From: Planctomycetota bacterium
GTDB lineage: Bacteria > Planctomycetota > UBA1135 > GCA-002748355
DNA length: 64,000 nt
Direction: 5' to 3'
NCBI GenBank assembly: GCA_026984035.1
Contig: JALSSW010000051.1
Coordinates: forward strand, 2,707-66,706
Notes under the pieces: model-generated
Seen by the model: the letters and a program-made list of their open reading frames with translations, nothing else
Told to the model about the DNA's origin: nothing
Database searches by the model: none
Program-made: the position numbers and the translations under genes
Shown here: in pieces, positions 39,395-49,270 of the stretch
Layout: each line of letters opens with the position of its first letter
Numbering within the stretch: position 1 is the first letter of the stretch

Positions 39395-39526
39395 CAGTTT
39401 TGACGTGACTTGAGGGTCGTGATTGGGCATTCTTGGGATCTAAAGAACTACATTGAATGATGATATTCCCCTGATCCCGCCGGACACTCCCCCCATTCCC
39501 CCCCGTTCGGCGGGATCATTTTTTTT
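39395..39526 (+). ncRNA. Candidate small regulatory RNA with C-rich loop
   Basis: Promoter-like site, no meaningful ORF, ends in a 14-bp hairpin with a 19-nt C-rich loop and T8. The 5' end is approximate. Confidence 0.45.
39472..39526 (+). terminator. Rho-independent terminator
   Basis: TGATCCCGCCGGAC / GTTCGGCGGGATCA stem (one G-U pair) followed by TTTTTTTT. Confidence 0.85.
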
Positions 39527-39738
39527 CAGTATCGTTGGCTGCCTTCAATACATAGAGTCTTCAAGGCACGGGAATGCGGCAAAAGAGCCGCCAAAACTCC
39601 TCCTGGATTTCGACTGAGACACCCCGACCGATGTTGCGGATGTCTACCAAGAATGGAATCAAGGAGGTAGGTCAAGGTAGGCTGCAGGACCTTTAAGAAT
39701 TTCCTTTATCCAATTTCTTTCATCAAACAGGAATGACA

Positions 39739-40242
39739 ATGATCCAAATCGGAGAAAAAGGCCCCACCTTCAAACTGGAGGACCACTTGGGCCGAACCGT
39801 TGACCTCCAGGACCTCCTGGGCAAGGGAAACGTCATGCTTCTTTTCTATCCACTCGACTTCACCCCTACCTGAAGCAAAGAAATCCCCGGAGCAGAGGCG
39901 ATCAAAGATCGTTTTGCTGCGGCTCACACCTACGTGCTAGGTGTGTCTGTGGATTCCAAGTTTTGCCACAAGGCCTGGGCTGATAGCTTGGGTGGAATTA
40001 GCTATCCGCTTCTCGCGGACTTCAACCCCAAGGGAGCAGTAGGTAAAGCCTACGGACTCTACCTTGAGGATGCTGGCATAGACGATCGGGCTACCGTCAT
40101 CCTCGATAAAGATGGAATCGTCCGGTATGCCGTCTCCGTCACCCCCTCGGGCGAGCGGGATATTCCCGGCCTTGCCGCTGAGTGTGAAAAAATCGACAAG
40201 GAGTACAGCGCCGGGCTCGGCGATCTGCCTCCGATCGAATAA
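39739..40242 (+). CDS. Peroxiredoxin (AhpE/AhpC-TSA-like) with in-frame UGA at the peroxidatic position; probable selenoprotein
   Basis: MIQIGEKAPTFKLEDHLGRTVDLQDLLGKGNVMLLFYPLDFTPT-TGA(39871-73)-SKEIPG...VLGVSVDS...YPLLADF. One continuous frame; UGA sits at the C of PxxxTxxC. Alternative ATG at 39733. Confidence 0.88.
39883..39902 (+). promoter_or_regulatory. Candidate bacterial SECIS hairpin
   Basis: ATCCCC-GGAGCA-GAGGCGAT can form a short bulged stem with a G-initiated apical loop, starting 10 nt after the UGA. Confidence 0.45.
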
Positions 40243-40702
40243 GCCAAAGGGCTCCACTCGCTTCCTCTTTGGGAATTTGCGGGTGGAGCCGCCCCTTTCC
40301 CATGTTTCCCAAAATCATCCTTTCGAGACGTCTCTCCAGAACCCAGACTGGACGCGAGTCCTCTCCCAAGAGTTCGCTCCCTCCCCGAAGGACCCGAATC
40401 GCAAAATCTTTCCCACATTGATGAACGCATTCTTCTCGAAAGCGAAAAAGGGCAAGCGCAGCCAAGACTTTCCATCGCTCCCACCCACTTCCCCTAAAAA
40501 CACTGGGAACCCGCCCCTCCGCGACGTATTCCAATACCCCCAAGCCCCAAATACCCCCTTTCTTTTGGAACATTCCTCCTCCTTTTCCCACATGCATCAT
40601 CCCTTCGATTCATTCGGATAGCCTTTTTGCTCCGGGATCGAGTCAGCCCAAACCCGAGCCCCAAGGCTTCTGTGAATAAAGGAAGAGAGAAAAAGAATCC
40701 TT

Positions 40703-42604
40703 TCAAATTTCTTCCAGATACGTCTGCCCACGAAGAGATTCTTTGAACAAACGGAGAAAGGATTGGACTCCTCCTTTTTCGATGAGCCCTTCCTTTAAGG
40801 CCCTTTCCGCAGCACGCCGGACTCGAAGAACCAAGTCCTCCGGATCATATTGTACGTAGCTCAAAACCTCAGCGAGGGTATCCCCCTCCACAACCTTCCC
40901 CAAATCAACATCCCCTTCCTCATCCAGCTGCACATGAACAACATTGGTATCCCCAAAGAGGTTGTGCAAATCTCCCAACACTTCCTGATATGCGCCCACA
41001 AGAAAAGCAGCGAGGAAATAGGGTTGTCCCTCTTCCAGTGGATGAATAGGAAGGCTATTCGCTACACCATGTGTTTCAATGAAACGATCGATTTTTCCAT
41101 CCGAATCACAGGTCAAGTCAGCCACAGTAACCCGTTGGCTTGGCTCCTCCCCCAACCTTTGAATGGGCATGATGGGAAAAAGTTGCTTGACTGCCCAATG
41201 ATCCGGTAAGGATTGGAACACTGAAAAGTTCCCAAAACAGGTGGCTCCCAGGCTTCTCCGCAAGGGTTCAAGCTCTTCGGCGAGGACCTCTTCTTCGCTT
41301 GCCCACTGAAACACCCGTCGACAAACAGCCCAAAAAAGGTTTTCGCAACGAGCCCGCCCCTTGAGGCCCAAAAACCCGAGATTAAACAGGCTGTTCGCCT
41401 CTCCTTTGAATTGAACGGCATCGTGATAAGTCTCGAGGTAATTCTTGGGACTCACCTCCAAAAGGAGTTCGTAAAACTTGTGGAGGATTTCAGGATCCCC
41501 TTCCTCTGGGCGTGGGCCGGCGTCCTCCCCCAGACCCTTCGACATCCCCACCACGTCAAAAACCAAGACAGCATGATGGGCAACAAGCGCCCTCCCTGAT
41601 TCACTCACAATATGGGGATGGGGAAGATCTTCCCTGTCACAAGCCTCCTCGATCGCAAAAACCACATCGTTTGCATATTCCTGAAGGCTGTAATTCATCG
41701 ATGAGTGGAAATTGCTTTGGGAACCGTCATAGTCCACCCCAAGCCCGCCTCCCACATCGAACCATCCCATGGGAGCTCCCAGTTTTTTTAACTCGACATA
41801 GATCCGACTCGCCTCCTTAAGGGCTGCTTTGATGGCCCGGATATCCGTAATCTGGGACCCCACATGGAAATGAAGAAGCTTAACCCCGTCCAGATAGCCT
41901 TCCCGCCGGCAGGTTTCCAAAACTTGAAGCAATTCCGAAGCCGCCAATCCGAACTTGGATTGATCTCCCGAAGATTCGTTCCACTTACCCGCTCCCTTTG
42001 AATTGAGTTTGGCCCGAACTCCCAAATAGGGCATCACTCCAAGGCGTTTTGCGATATCCAGGCAGGGCCGAAGCTCAGCAAGGCGATCAAGGACGAGAAT
42101 GATTTTTTTTCCAAGTTGCCGACCACGGAGAGCCATCTCGATATAATCCGCATCCTTGAACCCATTACAGATAATCAGAGATTCTGGATCCCCATGCATC
42201 GCAAGGGCAATCAAAAGCTCGGGCTTGCTCCCCACCTCGAGGCCCAGACTCAAGGAACGGCCAAACTGAACCACCTCCTCCACAACATGCCTCTGTTGAT
42301 TGACTTTTATCGGAAAGACAGCCCGATACCCTCCCTGGAAGCCATACTCCGAGATGGCAACCTGAAAAGCCTTACTCACGCGAAGAATCCGATCCTCGAG
42401 GATGTCCCCAAAACGCAGTAAAAGAGGAGGGGTGAGCCCCCTCTCCACAAGATCCATGGTGAGTTCATAAAGGTCGATAGGCTGCGTGCCTCCCTTTCCG
42501 ACCCGCACCTCCAGGTTTCCTCGAGCTGAGATCCCGAAGTACCCTTTCCCCCAGTCGGAGACAAGGTAAAGTTTTTCGCTGTCCTGGATCGTCCAGGAGT
42601 TCAT
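40703..42604 (-). CDS. speA: Biosynthetic arginine decarboxylase
   Basis: WGKGYF, FPIKVNQ (PLP Lys), EVGSKPEL, HFHVGSQ, GGGLGVDY, SESGRA, DLTCDSDG, HNLFG. Start 42604 (or 42637); the track's N-terminal extension overlaps the divergent gene. Confidence 0.95.
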   Translation of the reverse strand: MNSWTIQDSEKLYLVSDWGKGYFGISARGNLEVRVGKGGTQPIDLYELTMDLVERGLTPPLLLRFGDILEDRILRVSKAFQVAISEYGFQGGYRAVFPIKVNQQRHVVEEVVQFGRSLSLGLEVGSKPELLIALAMHGDPESLIICNGFKDADYIEMALRGRQLGKKIILVLDRLAELRPCLDIAKRLGVMPYLGVRAKLNSKGAGKWNESSGDQSKFGLAASELLQVLETCRREGYLDGVKLLHFHVGSQITDIRAIKAALKEASRIYVELKKLGAPMGWFDVGGGLGVDYDGSQSNFHSSMNYSLQEYANDVVFAIEEACDREDLPHPHIVSESGRALVAHHAVLVFDVVGMSKGLGEDAGPRPEEGDPEILHKFYELLLEVSPKNYLETYHDAVQFKGEANSLFNLGFLGLKGRARCENLFWAVCRRVFQWASEEEVLAEELEPLRRSLGATCFGNFSVFQSLPDHWAVKQLFPIMPIQRLGEEPSQRVTVADLTCDSDGKIDRFIETHGVANSLPIHPLEEGQPYFLAAFLVGAYQEVLGDLHNLFGDTNVVHVQLDEEGDVDLGKVVEGDTLAEVLSYVQYDPEDLVLRVRRAAERALKEGLIEKGGVQSFLRLFKESLRGQTYLEEI

Positions 42605-42683
42605 GGAAAGAATCGGTTTGCGCACAGGTTTTCCCATCTCTTCTCCTCGTGCGATAATTTTGGAACGAAAACAGTAACAAGCA

Positions 42684-43481
42684 ATGATCGAAGATGCCAT
42701 GGGGGAAGCCTTGCTCGGCGTTTTAATGGAACCGGAGATTGATCGGAAACTCCGTCTCGCCGAAGAGGTATGCAAGGTCCGGAATTTCAAGGTTGTAGAT
42801 GGGGATTCCCCCTCCATTCCCCCAAAGCCCGGCCGCCCCAAATCCTGGAAGGTCCTTGCAACCGAAGAGATCGGAGAGCGCCCTAAACTCACCCAACTCG
42901 AAGGACGCCGAGCCCTTCTCCATTCCCTTGCGAATATCGAACTCTCCGCGATCGAACTGCCGATCCTCGCCATCCTCGAATTCCCGGGGAAGGATGCGTC
43001 CTACTATCGGGACATGCTTTTTATCGCCGAAGAAGAGGTCCGCCATGCGCGAAGCCTCATCCATAGGCTTGAAAAACTTGGGGAGGAATTTGGCACTCGC
43101 TCCGTTCACCTTGGACTCTGGCATACCGCTCGTGCCTACCCAGATCTCTGTGATCGCCTCGCCGTTGTTCCCCGGATCCTCGAAGCTAAAGGGCTCGACG
43201 TCAGTCATAAGATCCGCAGACAGCTCATCGGTGCCGGAGATCAAGAATCTGCAAGGATCCTTGAAGGCATCTATTATGACGAAATCAAACATGTCGCCCT
43301 TGGGACCAAATGGTTTCGGCGGGTCTGTCGGGAACGGGATCTCTCCCCCGCCTCCCATTTCCTTTCCATCTCCCGTAAGTTTCAACCGAGTCGTCCCGTC
43401 GCAATCGACCGAGAGGGGAGGCGCCGTGCCGGTTTTACGGAAACAGAACTCCAGTTTGTTAAAGGGAAACACCAGAAATGA
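42684..43481 (+). CDS. Ferritin-like DUF455-family protein
   Basis: PGRP, LHSLANIELSAI, EEVRH, LEAKGLD, DEIKHV, R..AGF diiron ExxH motifs. Confidence 0.88.
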   Translation: MIEDAMGEALLGVLMEPEIDRKLRLAEEVCKVRNFKVVDGDSPSIPPKPGRPKSWKVLATEEIGERPKLTQLEGRRALLHSLANIELSAIELPILAILEFPGKDASYYRDMLFIAEEEVRHARSLIHRLEKLGEEFGTRSVHLGLWHTARAYPDLCDRLAVVPRILEAKGLDVSHKIRRQLIGAGDQESARILEGIYYDEIKHVALGTKWFRRVCRERDLSPASHFLSISRKFQPSRPVAIDREGRRRAGFTETELQFVKGKHQK

Positions 43482-44998
43482 TCTATGCATTGTTGGCCAT
43501 CCTCGCCTTCCTCCCCTTCCGGGCAAACGCCCAAGTTCTCAAACAGGGCGCTCTCCTGGGTGAGGTCCGTTCCCCGGAAGGTCAAAGACTTCAAGGAATC
43601 GAAATCCAGGCAACTGTGGACCTGAGCAGAGTGGCCAGCTACGAATTTTGGAGAGAATATAAGCTCCCCAAGCTCCCCTCCTGGACCACCAAAAGCGACA
43701 AAAACGGAAGGTTTCGTATTCCTGTCCCCCGAGGTTGGGAGTTCCTGGTCACGGCGAAAGCCAAGGGTTTTCTCCCCTTCAAAACGATCACCTATGCAAA
43801 CCGGCCCTTCCTGATCCAAATGGACCCTGGAAAGGAACCCCCGGTCGAAAAGCCCAAGCTGGCCTTCGGAAAGGGCTTCCTCAAGGTTCATGTTCAAGAC
43901 CCCAAAGGCCAACCCATCCCGGGTGCCATCGTCCGCAAACCCTGGACCTTTGAGAATCTCGGAAAAACCGATGCAAAAGGGGATGTCCGCATCTTCTATC
44001 GGAAGGACCTGGCCGAAAACCCACTCATCCTCATCAAAAAGGGCTTTATCCTTGGGGCCACGCCCCGAAACAGCCTCGAAAAGGACAAGGAGAATAGCAC
44101 CAAACTGACCCTTCTCCCGGGTCACAAGGTCACGGGGCGCATCCTGGACAAACAGGGAAAACCTTTGGCGCACCTTCGTATCCTCTGCGAAACGGATCTA
44201 CCCGCCTCGAGAGAAGAGACTTTGGGAGGTATCCCTTGGGAAACCACCACAGACGCAGAAGGACGATTCGAGATTGCCGAGCTTGGAGAGAGGTGGCGCT
44301 ATTGGATCCGGACCCTACTCCCCAATGGGACACCCGTCGAAATCGCACAGGGAATCGCAGACAAAGGAGAGCGCAAAATCCCCGATCTCAAAGCCGGCCC
44401 CTTCTCTTCGGTCTCGGGTCTCGTTCGGCTTCAAAAGGGCGGCAACGCCGAGGGGGGCCGGGTCCATGTCCTCCGGCTCTGGCCCGAAAAGGTCTGGCAA
44501 CTCCTCGTTGCCCGCGAAACCCCTTCTTGGCCCATCGATCAAGGGGGAGAATACCGCATCCCGGCTCTCATTCCCGGACGCTACGAACTCTGCTTCGCCT
44601 TTCCTGGCATGGAACCCTTGGTCCGTGTTCTCGAAGTCCCTCCAGAGTCCAAGGACCTGGAACTCAGCGTCGTCCTCGGGCCAGGCAGAGCCATCCATGG
44701 GAAGGTTATGGATGAGGAAGGAAAACCCATCGGTGGCGCCCTCCTCCGAGGGATTCCGGACGCAAAAAATGAATTCTTCCCCATCGTCCCCAATGGACAA
44801 ATGAACCACAATGGGCGTTTTCTTTTCGGCAATGTCCGAGTTCTCACTCGCAAGGATGGAACCTATCTCCTGGAACGGCTCCGAACAAAGATCCCTCTCC
44901 TTATCCTGATCATCAAGGAAGGGTATCAAACCAAAAAAATCCACCTAGGAGCCAATGACAGCAACCTCCTCAACGTGGTCCTCAAACGAAACGAGTAG
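43478..44998 (+). CDS. Exported protein with repeated carboxypeptidase-regulatory-like (beta-sandwich) domains
   Basis: Repeated G.V.D..G.PI.GA...TD..G.F motifs; signal peptide. Confidence 0.8.
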   Translation: MIYALLAILAFLPFRANAQVLKQGALLGEVRSPEGQRLQGIEIQATVDLSRVASYEFWREYKLPKLPSWTTKSDKNGRFRIPVPRGWEFLVTAKAKGFLPFKTITYANRPFLIQMDPGKEPPVEKPKLAFGKGFLKVHVQDPKGQPIPGAIVRKPWTFENLGKTDAKGDVRIFYRKDLAENPLILIKKGFILGATPRNSLEKDKENSTKLTLLPGHKVTGRILDKQGKPLAHLRILCETDLPASREETLGGIPWETTTDAEGRFEIAELGERWRYWIRTLLPNGTPVEIAQGIADKGERKIPDLKAGPFSSVSGLVRLQKGGNAEGGRVHVLRLWPEKVWQLLVARETPSWPIDQGGEYRIPALIPGRYELCFAFPGMEPLVRVLEVPPESKDLELSVVLGPGRAIHGKVMDEEGKPIGGALLRGIPDAKNEFFPIVPNGQMNHNGRFLFGNVRVLTRKDGTYLLERLRTKIPLLILIIKEGYQTKKIHLGANDSNLLNVVLKRNE

Positions 44999-45027
44999 CC
45001 CTTTCGCAGCATCCTCGGAGGATCCTT

Positions 45028-46212
45028 CTAACGATGGATCCGAAAAGCATCAATCCGTTCTCCATCGATAGAAAAGGCCTCAAAAGAAAACTCCTGCGGT
45101 CCTGCGTTCACCAGAACGAAGCTAAAACAACGGCAACTCTTTTTGAGTAGGGGATCAGGATGGAGCTGATAGAGGCTCTTTCCTCCACCACCGACAACGG
45201 CATACTGGACTCCCGACTTTGGAGAATAGCGCTCGTAGACATGGTCATGCCCGGAGAGAACAAGTGTCACTCCCATCTCTCCAAAAAGGGGATCCAGCAA
45301 GGTTCTGAGTTGATCATTCTCAGAGTCCTTTCTCGAACGCGAAGCCGTAAAGAAGGGACGATGAAGGTAAACAACCTTCCATGCTTCATGGGATTCCCTG
45401 AGTGTCTGCTTCATCCAAGCAAACTGGACACTCTCCCGACCGATGGGACTCGAAAAAGCATCGAGGCAAAGAAATCGGACAGGCCCCCTTACAAAAGAGT
45501 AATAGCGATGTTTTTCAGTAGGTTGAAGAAATGCTCGGAAAAGCGGTCCCCCCCTCTCGGTGATTAAATCATGATTCCCCAGGGTGGGCCGAAAATCCGC
45601 ACGCGCAAGCAATCTGCGAAATGGATCGAACACCGCAAGGGCGTAGTGCTCCCAACGCCCCCAGGGATAAACAAGATCCCCCAGGTGCAGCACCAAGTCA
45701 GGTTTCATCTGCAAAACCCGTCTCGCTAAAATTCCCTGCGAACCCTTTCCAGGCCAGATTTTTTGAAGCCACGAGGAAGGCTGTACTCCAGCGCTGTCCC
45801 TTACAAAGGCCCAACCTGGAATCTTCCCCGAATCGCCAAAAGCTGCAAAACGAACCCGCCCCTCCCCGGGTAAAGGAGCTGATCGAAAGCTCCCATAGCC
45901 CAAGAGTTTGCTGCCATTCTCCGAAGAGACCAAATAATGATACTCAGTGGAGGGGCGAAGGCCCTGAAGCCGAAATTCCCATCGACCTCCAAGGCCATGC
46001 TTCCCTCCAACTTGGATGGGGGGATTCTCCCCTTCTCGATACAGCTCCAACTTAGGAGCCTTTTCCCCTGGACGATGGAGCAAAACCACGGCCCCATGGG
46101 GTCCAACTCCTTGAAGTATGGGACCGGAACGAGGAACAGGATCCCCCGGACGAAGGCATAAAAAAACCAGTAGCAGAAGGGAAGGAGGAATCATCCGGGA
46201 GATGCGAATCAT
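45028..46212 (-). CDS. Purple-acid-phosphatase-like metallophosphoesterase with N-terminal FN3-like domain
   Basis: GDSG, GDLVY, GNHD, HRP, GHDH. Confidence 0.88.
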   Translation of the reverse strand: MIRISRMIPPSLLLLVFLCLRPGDPVPRSGPILQGVGPHGAVVLLHRPGEKAPKLELYREGENPPIQVGGKHGLGGRWEFRLQGLRPSTEYHYLVSSENGSKLLGYGSFRSAPLPGEGRVRFAAFGDSGKIPGWAFVRDSAGVQPSSWLQKIWPGKGSQGILARRVLQMKPDLVLHLGDLVYPWGRWEHYALAVFDPFRRLLARADFRPTLGNHDLITERGGPLFRAFLQPTEKHRYYSFVRGPVRFLCLDAFSSPIGRESVQFAWMKQTLRESHEAWKVVYLHRPFFTASRSRKDSENDQLRTLLDPLFGEMGVTLVLSGHDHVYERYSPKSGVQYAVVGGGGKSLYQLHPDPLLKKSCRCFSFVLVNAGPQEFSFEAFSIDGERIDAFRIHR

Positions 46213-46295
46213 AGGTCTATCCTCTCCTTCCAGCCGCAATGGGGAAAGGATTTTGCTATGCTTTTCCCTTCCAGTTTCTCAAACCTTGGGTGTTT

Positions 46296-48017
46296 ATGAA
46301 GTTCTTTCCCTTTTCGCTCCTCACCTCCCATCTCTTGCTCTTGGTCCTTTTCTTTTCAGGGCAAAGAGCAAGTGCCCAGACAGTTCCCACCTCTAAGGAT
46401 TCGGCCATGGGTGTTTGGCCCTGGCTCTTTGGAAACATCGACGGAGCCTATACCGACGAGATCATTGCCAAGACCGTCAATGCAGGCTTAGACACTATTT
46501 ACATCAGCGTCTGGAATACGACAGGTTCGAAAAAAGGGATCCTCCACATTTATGACGAAGTGGGGACTTGGAAAACCCAATACGGAAGCATTCGCCCTCG
46601 TGTCCACCTGAAAACCTTTGTCCAAAAAGCCCACAAAGCCCATCTTCAGGTCATCGGAGTGATCACGGTCTTCAATAGCAAAGGCCCCTACCCCAGTGAC
46701 CGGAACCACCAAGATTTCTTGGCACATACACTTCTCCGCTACCTCTTTAACAGCTTTGATCGCCAGGGGAAGCCATTCTATGGAATGGACGGCCTCGCAC
46801 TGGATTACATTCGCTGGTTCGGAGGAAACCACAACCAAAGTGAAATTAACCGTTTTCTCGACCTTGCCCGAAAGGAGATCGGGCCAAGGCAACTCCACGC
46901 CTTCGTCATCGCAGGAGCCTATGCATTGGATGGAGGGAGCTATAACAACACCTTCCGGACCTATTCCCAAACCCTCTCCTATCTCACTAAGAATTATGGA
47001 CAAAACTGGGAAGATATGGCTAAGCGCCTCGATTGCTTGTTGCCCATGACCTATACCGCAAACGGGCATGTCTATGGGAATAACCTGAAATACATGGAAG
47101 GTTATGTCCAAGCCGCAGCAGGCTATGCGGTAACCGCTGTCAACAAAGTTCGAAGCAGATGTCGAGTCATCCCCGCGATCCGAACATGGAACAGCAAGGG
47201 GCAGACGACCACTCGGGCAACTGTGGAAGCTTGTGCCAGAGGTGCCATGAAAGGTGGTGCGGATGGCTACATGGCCTTTCGCTACTTCACGGCTCGAAGT
47301 CACACAGATTGGTTCCAAGGACTTGCACGCTATGCAAGCAAAGGACCCGACCTCCCCCTCGCCGACCTGATTGGACAAACCCAAGGAATGCTGGGAACTG
47401 TTGATTCAAGGGGATCAGGACACGCCTCCCTTCCCCCCTCTCAGCTTTTTGCCCGTTATGATTTGGACGGAGATGGGCGTTTCGAGACAAGTTTCTCCAA
47501 CCCCGGCATCAAAACTTGGATCCTAAAAAGCCCTCAAAAAGTCAGGGTGAATCTGGAAATCCGGGATAGCGCCGGACATATCACCTTTACAACCCTCGAG
47601 CTCGGGGGGGCATCCACTCTCACCCCGACTCAGTCCAGTCTTTCTGCCGCAAAGGGAGGTGTCGTCCGGATGGCCTATGGGCCAGGAGCCAAATTTGCCG
47701 GAAGCTACTACATCACCTTTATCGGAATGTCAGGCACGACTCCTGGGACCCCCTTTTCCAATGGCGTCCGCCTGCCTCTCAACTTTGACCTTCTCAGCAC
47801 CCAAGCCTTAGGCCTGATCAATCAAGCTCCCTTTTTCTCTTTCTTTGGGAAGGTGGGTTTCTTCGGGTTTGCAGCCCCGACCCTCGGAATTCCGGCAGGT
47901 CTACTCCCAAGCTCACTGGTGGGAAAAAACCTCTCCATGGCCGTTCTGGACTTGGGAGGACCCGGCCTTACAACTCGCTTTGCCAGCAACCCGGTACAGG
48001 TGCGAATCCTACCCTAG
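46296..48017 (+). CDS. Secreted glycoside-hydrolase-like TIM barrel (GHL10-like) + PKD-like + C-terminal beta domain
   Basis: Signal peptide ..ASAQ; DGLALDYIRW; GQNW; LPMTY; YDLDGDGRFE. Start placed at ATG 46296. Confidence 0.72.
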   Translation: MKFFPFSLLTSHLLLLVLFFSGQRASAQTVPTSKDSAMGVWPWLFGNIDGAYTDEIIAKTVNAGLDTIYISVWNTTGSKKGILHIYDEVGTWKTQYGSIRPRVHLKTFVQKAHKAHLQVIGVITVFNSKGPYPSDRNHQDFLAHTLLRYLFNSFDRQGKPFYGMDGLALDYIRWFGGNHNQSEINRFLDLARKEIGPRQLHAFVIAGAYALDGGSYNNTFRTYSQTLSYLTKNYGQNWEDMAKRLDCLLPMTYTANGHVYGNNLKYMEGYVQAAAGYAVTAVNKVRSRCRVIPAIRTWNSKGQTTTRATVEACARGAMKGGADGYMAFRYFTARSHTDWFQGLARYASKGPDLPLADLIGQTQGMLGTVDSRGSGHASLPPSQLFARYDLDGDGRFETSFSNPGIKTWILKSPQKVRVNLEIRDSAGHITFTTLELGGASTLTPTQSSLSAAKGGVVRMAYGPGAKFAGSYYITFIGMSGTTPGTPFSNGVRLPLNFDLLSTQALGLINQAPFFSFFGKVGFFGFAAPTLGIPAGLLPSSLVGKNLSMAVLDLGGPGLTTRFASNPVQVRILP

Positions 48018-48057
48018 GAAGGCAATGGGGCAGCGAGCCCCCGTGGGAAAACCCGTG

Positions 48058-48216
48058 GAAAACCCCGTGGAAAACCCGTCCGCGGGTTTTTTGGTCGAAA
48101 GCCCTCCGGGCTTTTGAGAAGGCCCAAGGTTTCAAAGCGCTAAACCTCTGAATGTTCCAAAACGCTGGAAGCGTTTTTACCAAAAAACCCGCAGACGGGG
48201 TTTCCAGGCGGTTTTC
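48058..48216. repeat. Imperfect long inverted repeat with nested hairpins between convergent genes
   Basis: Arms ~48058-48120 and ~48155-48216. Core GGAAAACCCGTCCGCGGGTTTTTTGGT matches the reverse complement of ACCAAAAAACCCGCAGACGGGGTTTCC at 25/27. Confidence 0.8.
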
Positions 48217-49142
48217 TACTTTTTCTTTTCTGCGTTGCGGAGCCGATCGAGAGTCGCCCGGATCGTGGCCGAGGCAATGGGATCCTCCATAATGTCCTGA
48301 AACTTTCCTTTCCCTAAACTCGATTCCGAAAAAATCTGCTTTTCAAATTTGGGATTCGGAACAAAACTCCGAACCGTCAAGGTAAACAAATCTTTCCCTC
48401 GAAGGGTTTGGATCATCTTCCGCAAAATGAAATTCTTCGCATCGAAATAGAGGTCCATGTCGCTTGCAGCCGAAGGGAGGACAGGCCTTTCCCCCTTGGT
48501 CGAACTCTCCTTAGGAGTCGCGTGAACAACCCAACAGGAAACCCCCATCAGATCCATTTTGGATTTGAGACTGAGGTCATGAGTCCTCGCCAAGGCTTCT
48601 AAGAAAGAGATCTTAAAGAAGTTTCCAATACCCCCTCCCCCAGGAGAACTCTGATCTTTACCTAAGACCTTCTTGGCATGATCCAACTTGGCCATAAGTT
48701 CCGGGCCAATCTTGTACCATTGCTCGCCTCGATTCTCGCTGGCTTGATGGATGAACACCCCCTTGGAATTACGGAGAGTTTCCACGCTCATCGTCCCTAG
48801 AGGGGTTTTGAGTTGTGAGAGCACCCGGGAACGTTCTTTTCCCTGAGCGTCCCGATCGAAACGAATCCGGGCTTTCCCAAGAGTCTCCTCCAGCTTTTTC
48901 CGACCCGGAATCGGCATCCGAAGAAGAATCTCTGCGCGCAAATCATACCCAAGGAGTTTTTTTTGAGCCTTTTTGGCGATCTCGACCAAGTCACGAACGG
49001 TCTTCGGCTCGATGGGCTTGATAGAAGGGTTCTGTGCTCGGATCCCCCCCAGGCCCAAAAAGAAACAAAGGCCCATCATCCCCCCCAAATGCGCAAAACT
49101 GCCACCCCTTAGGGCGGAAAACCTCAATGTTTTCATCGTCAT
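48216..49142 (-). CDS. Exported LolA-like (lipoprotein-carrier fold) protein
   Basis: GGAGG RBS before ATG 49142; signal peptide; CWVVHATP..MDLYFDAKNFILRKM..PNPKF..F pattern. Confidence 0.6.
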   Translation of the reverse strand: MTMKTLRFSALRGGSFAHLGGMMGLCFFLGLGGIRAQNPSIKPIEPKTVRDLVEIAKKAQKKLLGYDLRAEILLRMPIPGRKKLEETLGKARIRFDRDAQGKERSRVLSQLKTPLGTMSVETLRNSKGVFIHQASENRGEQWYKIGPELMAKLDHAKKVLGKDQSSPGGGGIGNFFKISFLEALARTHDLSLKSKMDLMGVSCWVVHATPKESSTKGERPVLPSAASDMDLYFDAKNFILRKMIQTLRGKDLFTLTVRSFVPNPKFEKQIFSESSLGKGKFQDIMEDPIASATIRATLDRLRNAEKKK

Positions 49143-49270
49143 CGACCTCCCTCCCGGGAAAGATTGTTCCGGAAATCTGCCCATGGAGAGTTCCATGAAC
49201 ACAGCCGGAGCTTCGATAGTGTATCCTGGCTTTCTATTGTCCCCAAGCTTCTGTATCCGATGGAAGAAAA

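Noticed and set aside
39563-39578. Sigma54 promoter AGGCACGGGAATGC before the peroxiredoxin
   Set aside because: GG-to-GC spacing is 9 nt rather than the required 10.
39871-39873. Peroxiredoxin as a nonsense pseudogene
   Set aside because: The stop is TGA exactly at the catalytic Cys and there is no other decay; selenocysteine is the simpler explanation.
40243-40702. Small gene or frameshifted extension after the peroxiredoxin (ORF 40112-40621)
   Set aside because: Pro/Ser-rich, no motif and no clear start; cannot be supported.
42605-42973. N-terminal extension of SpeA in the ORF track
   Set aside because: Overlaps the divergent DUF455 gene; SpeA similarity starts at MNSWT.
48038-48080. 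Tandem repeats as a CRISPR array or oriC
   Set aside because: Units are 11-13 bp without spacers; no cas, dnaA or AT-rich unwinding element nearby.
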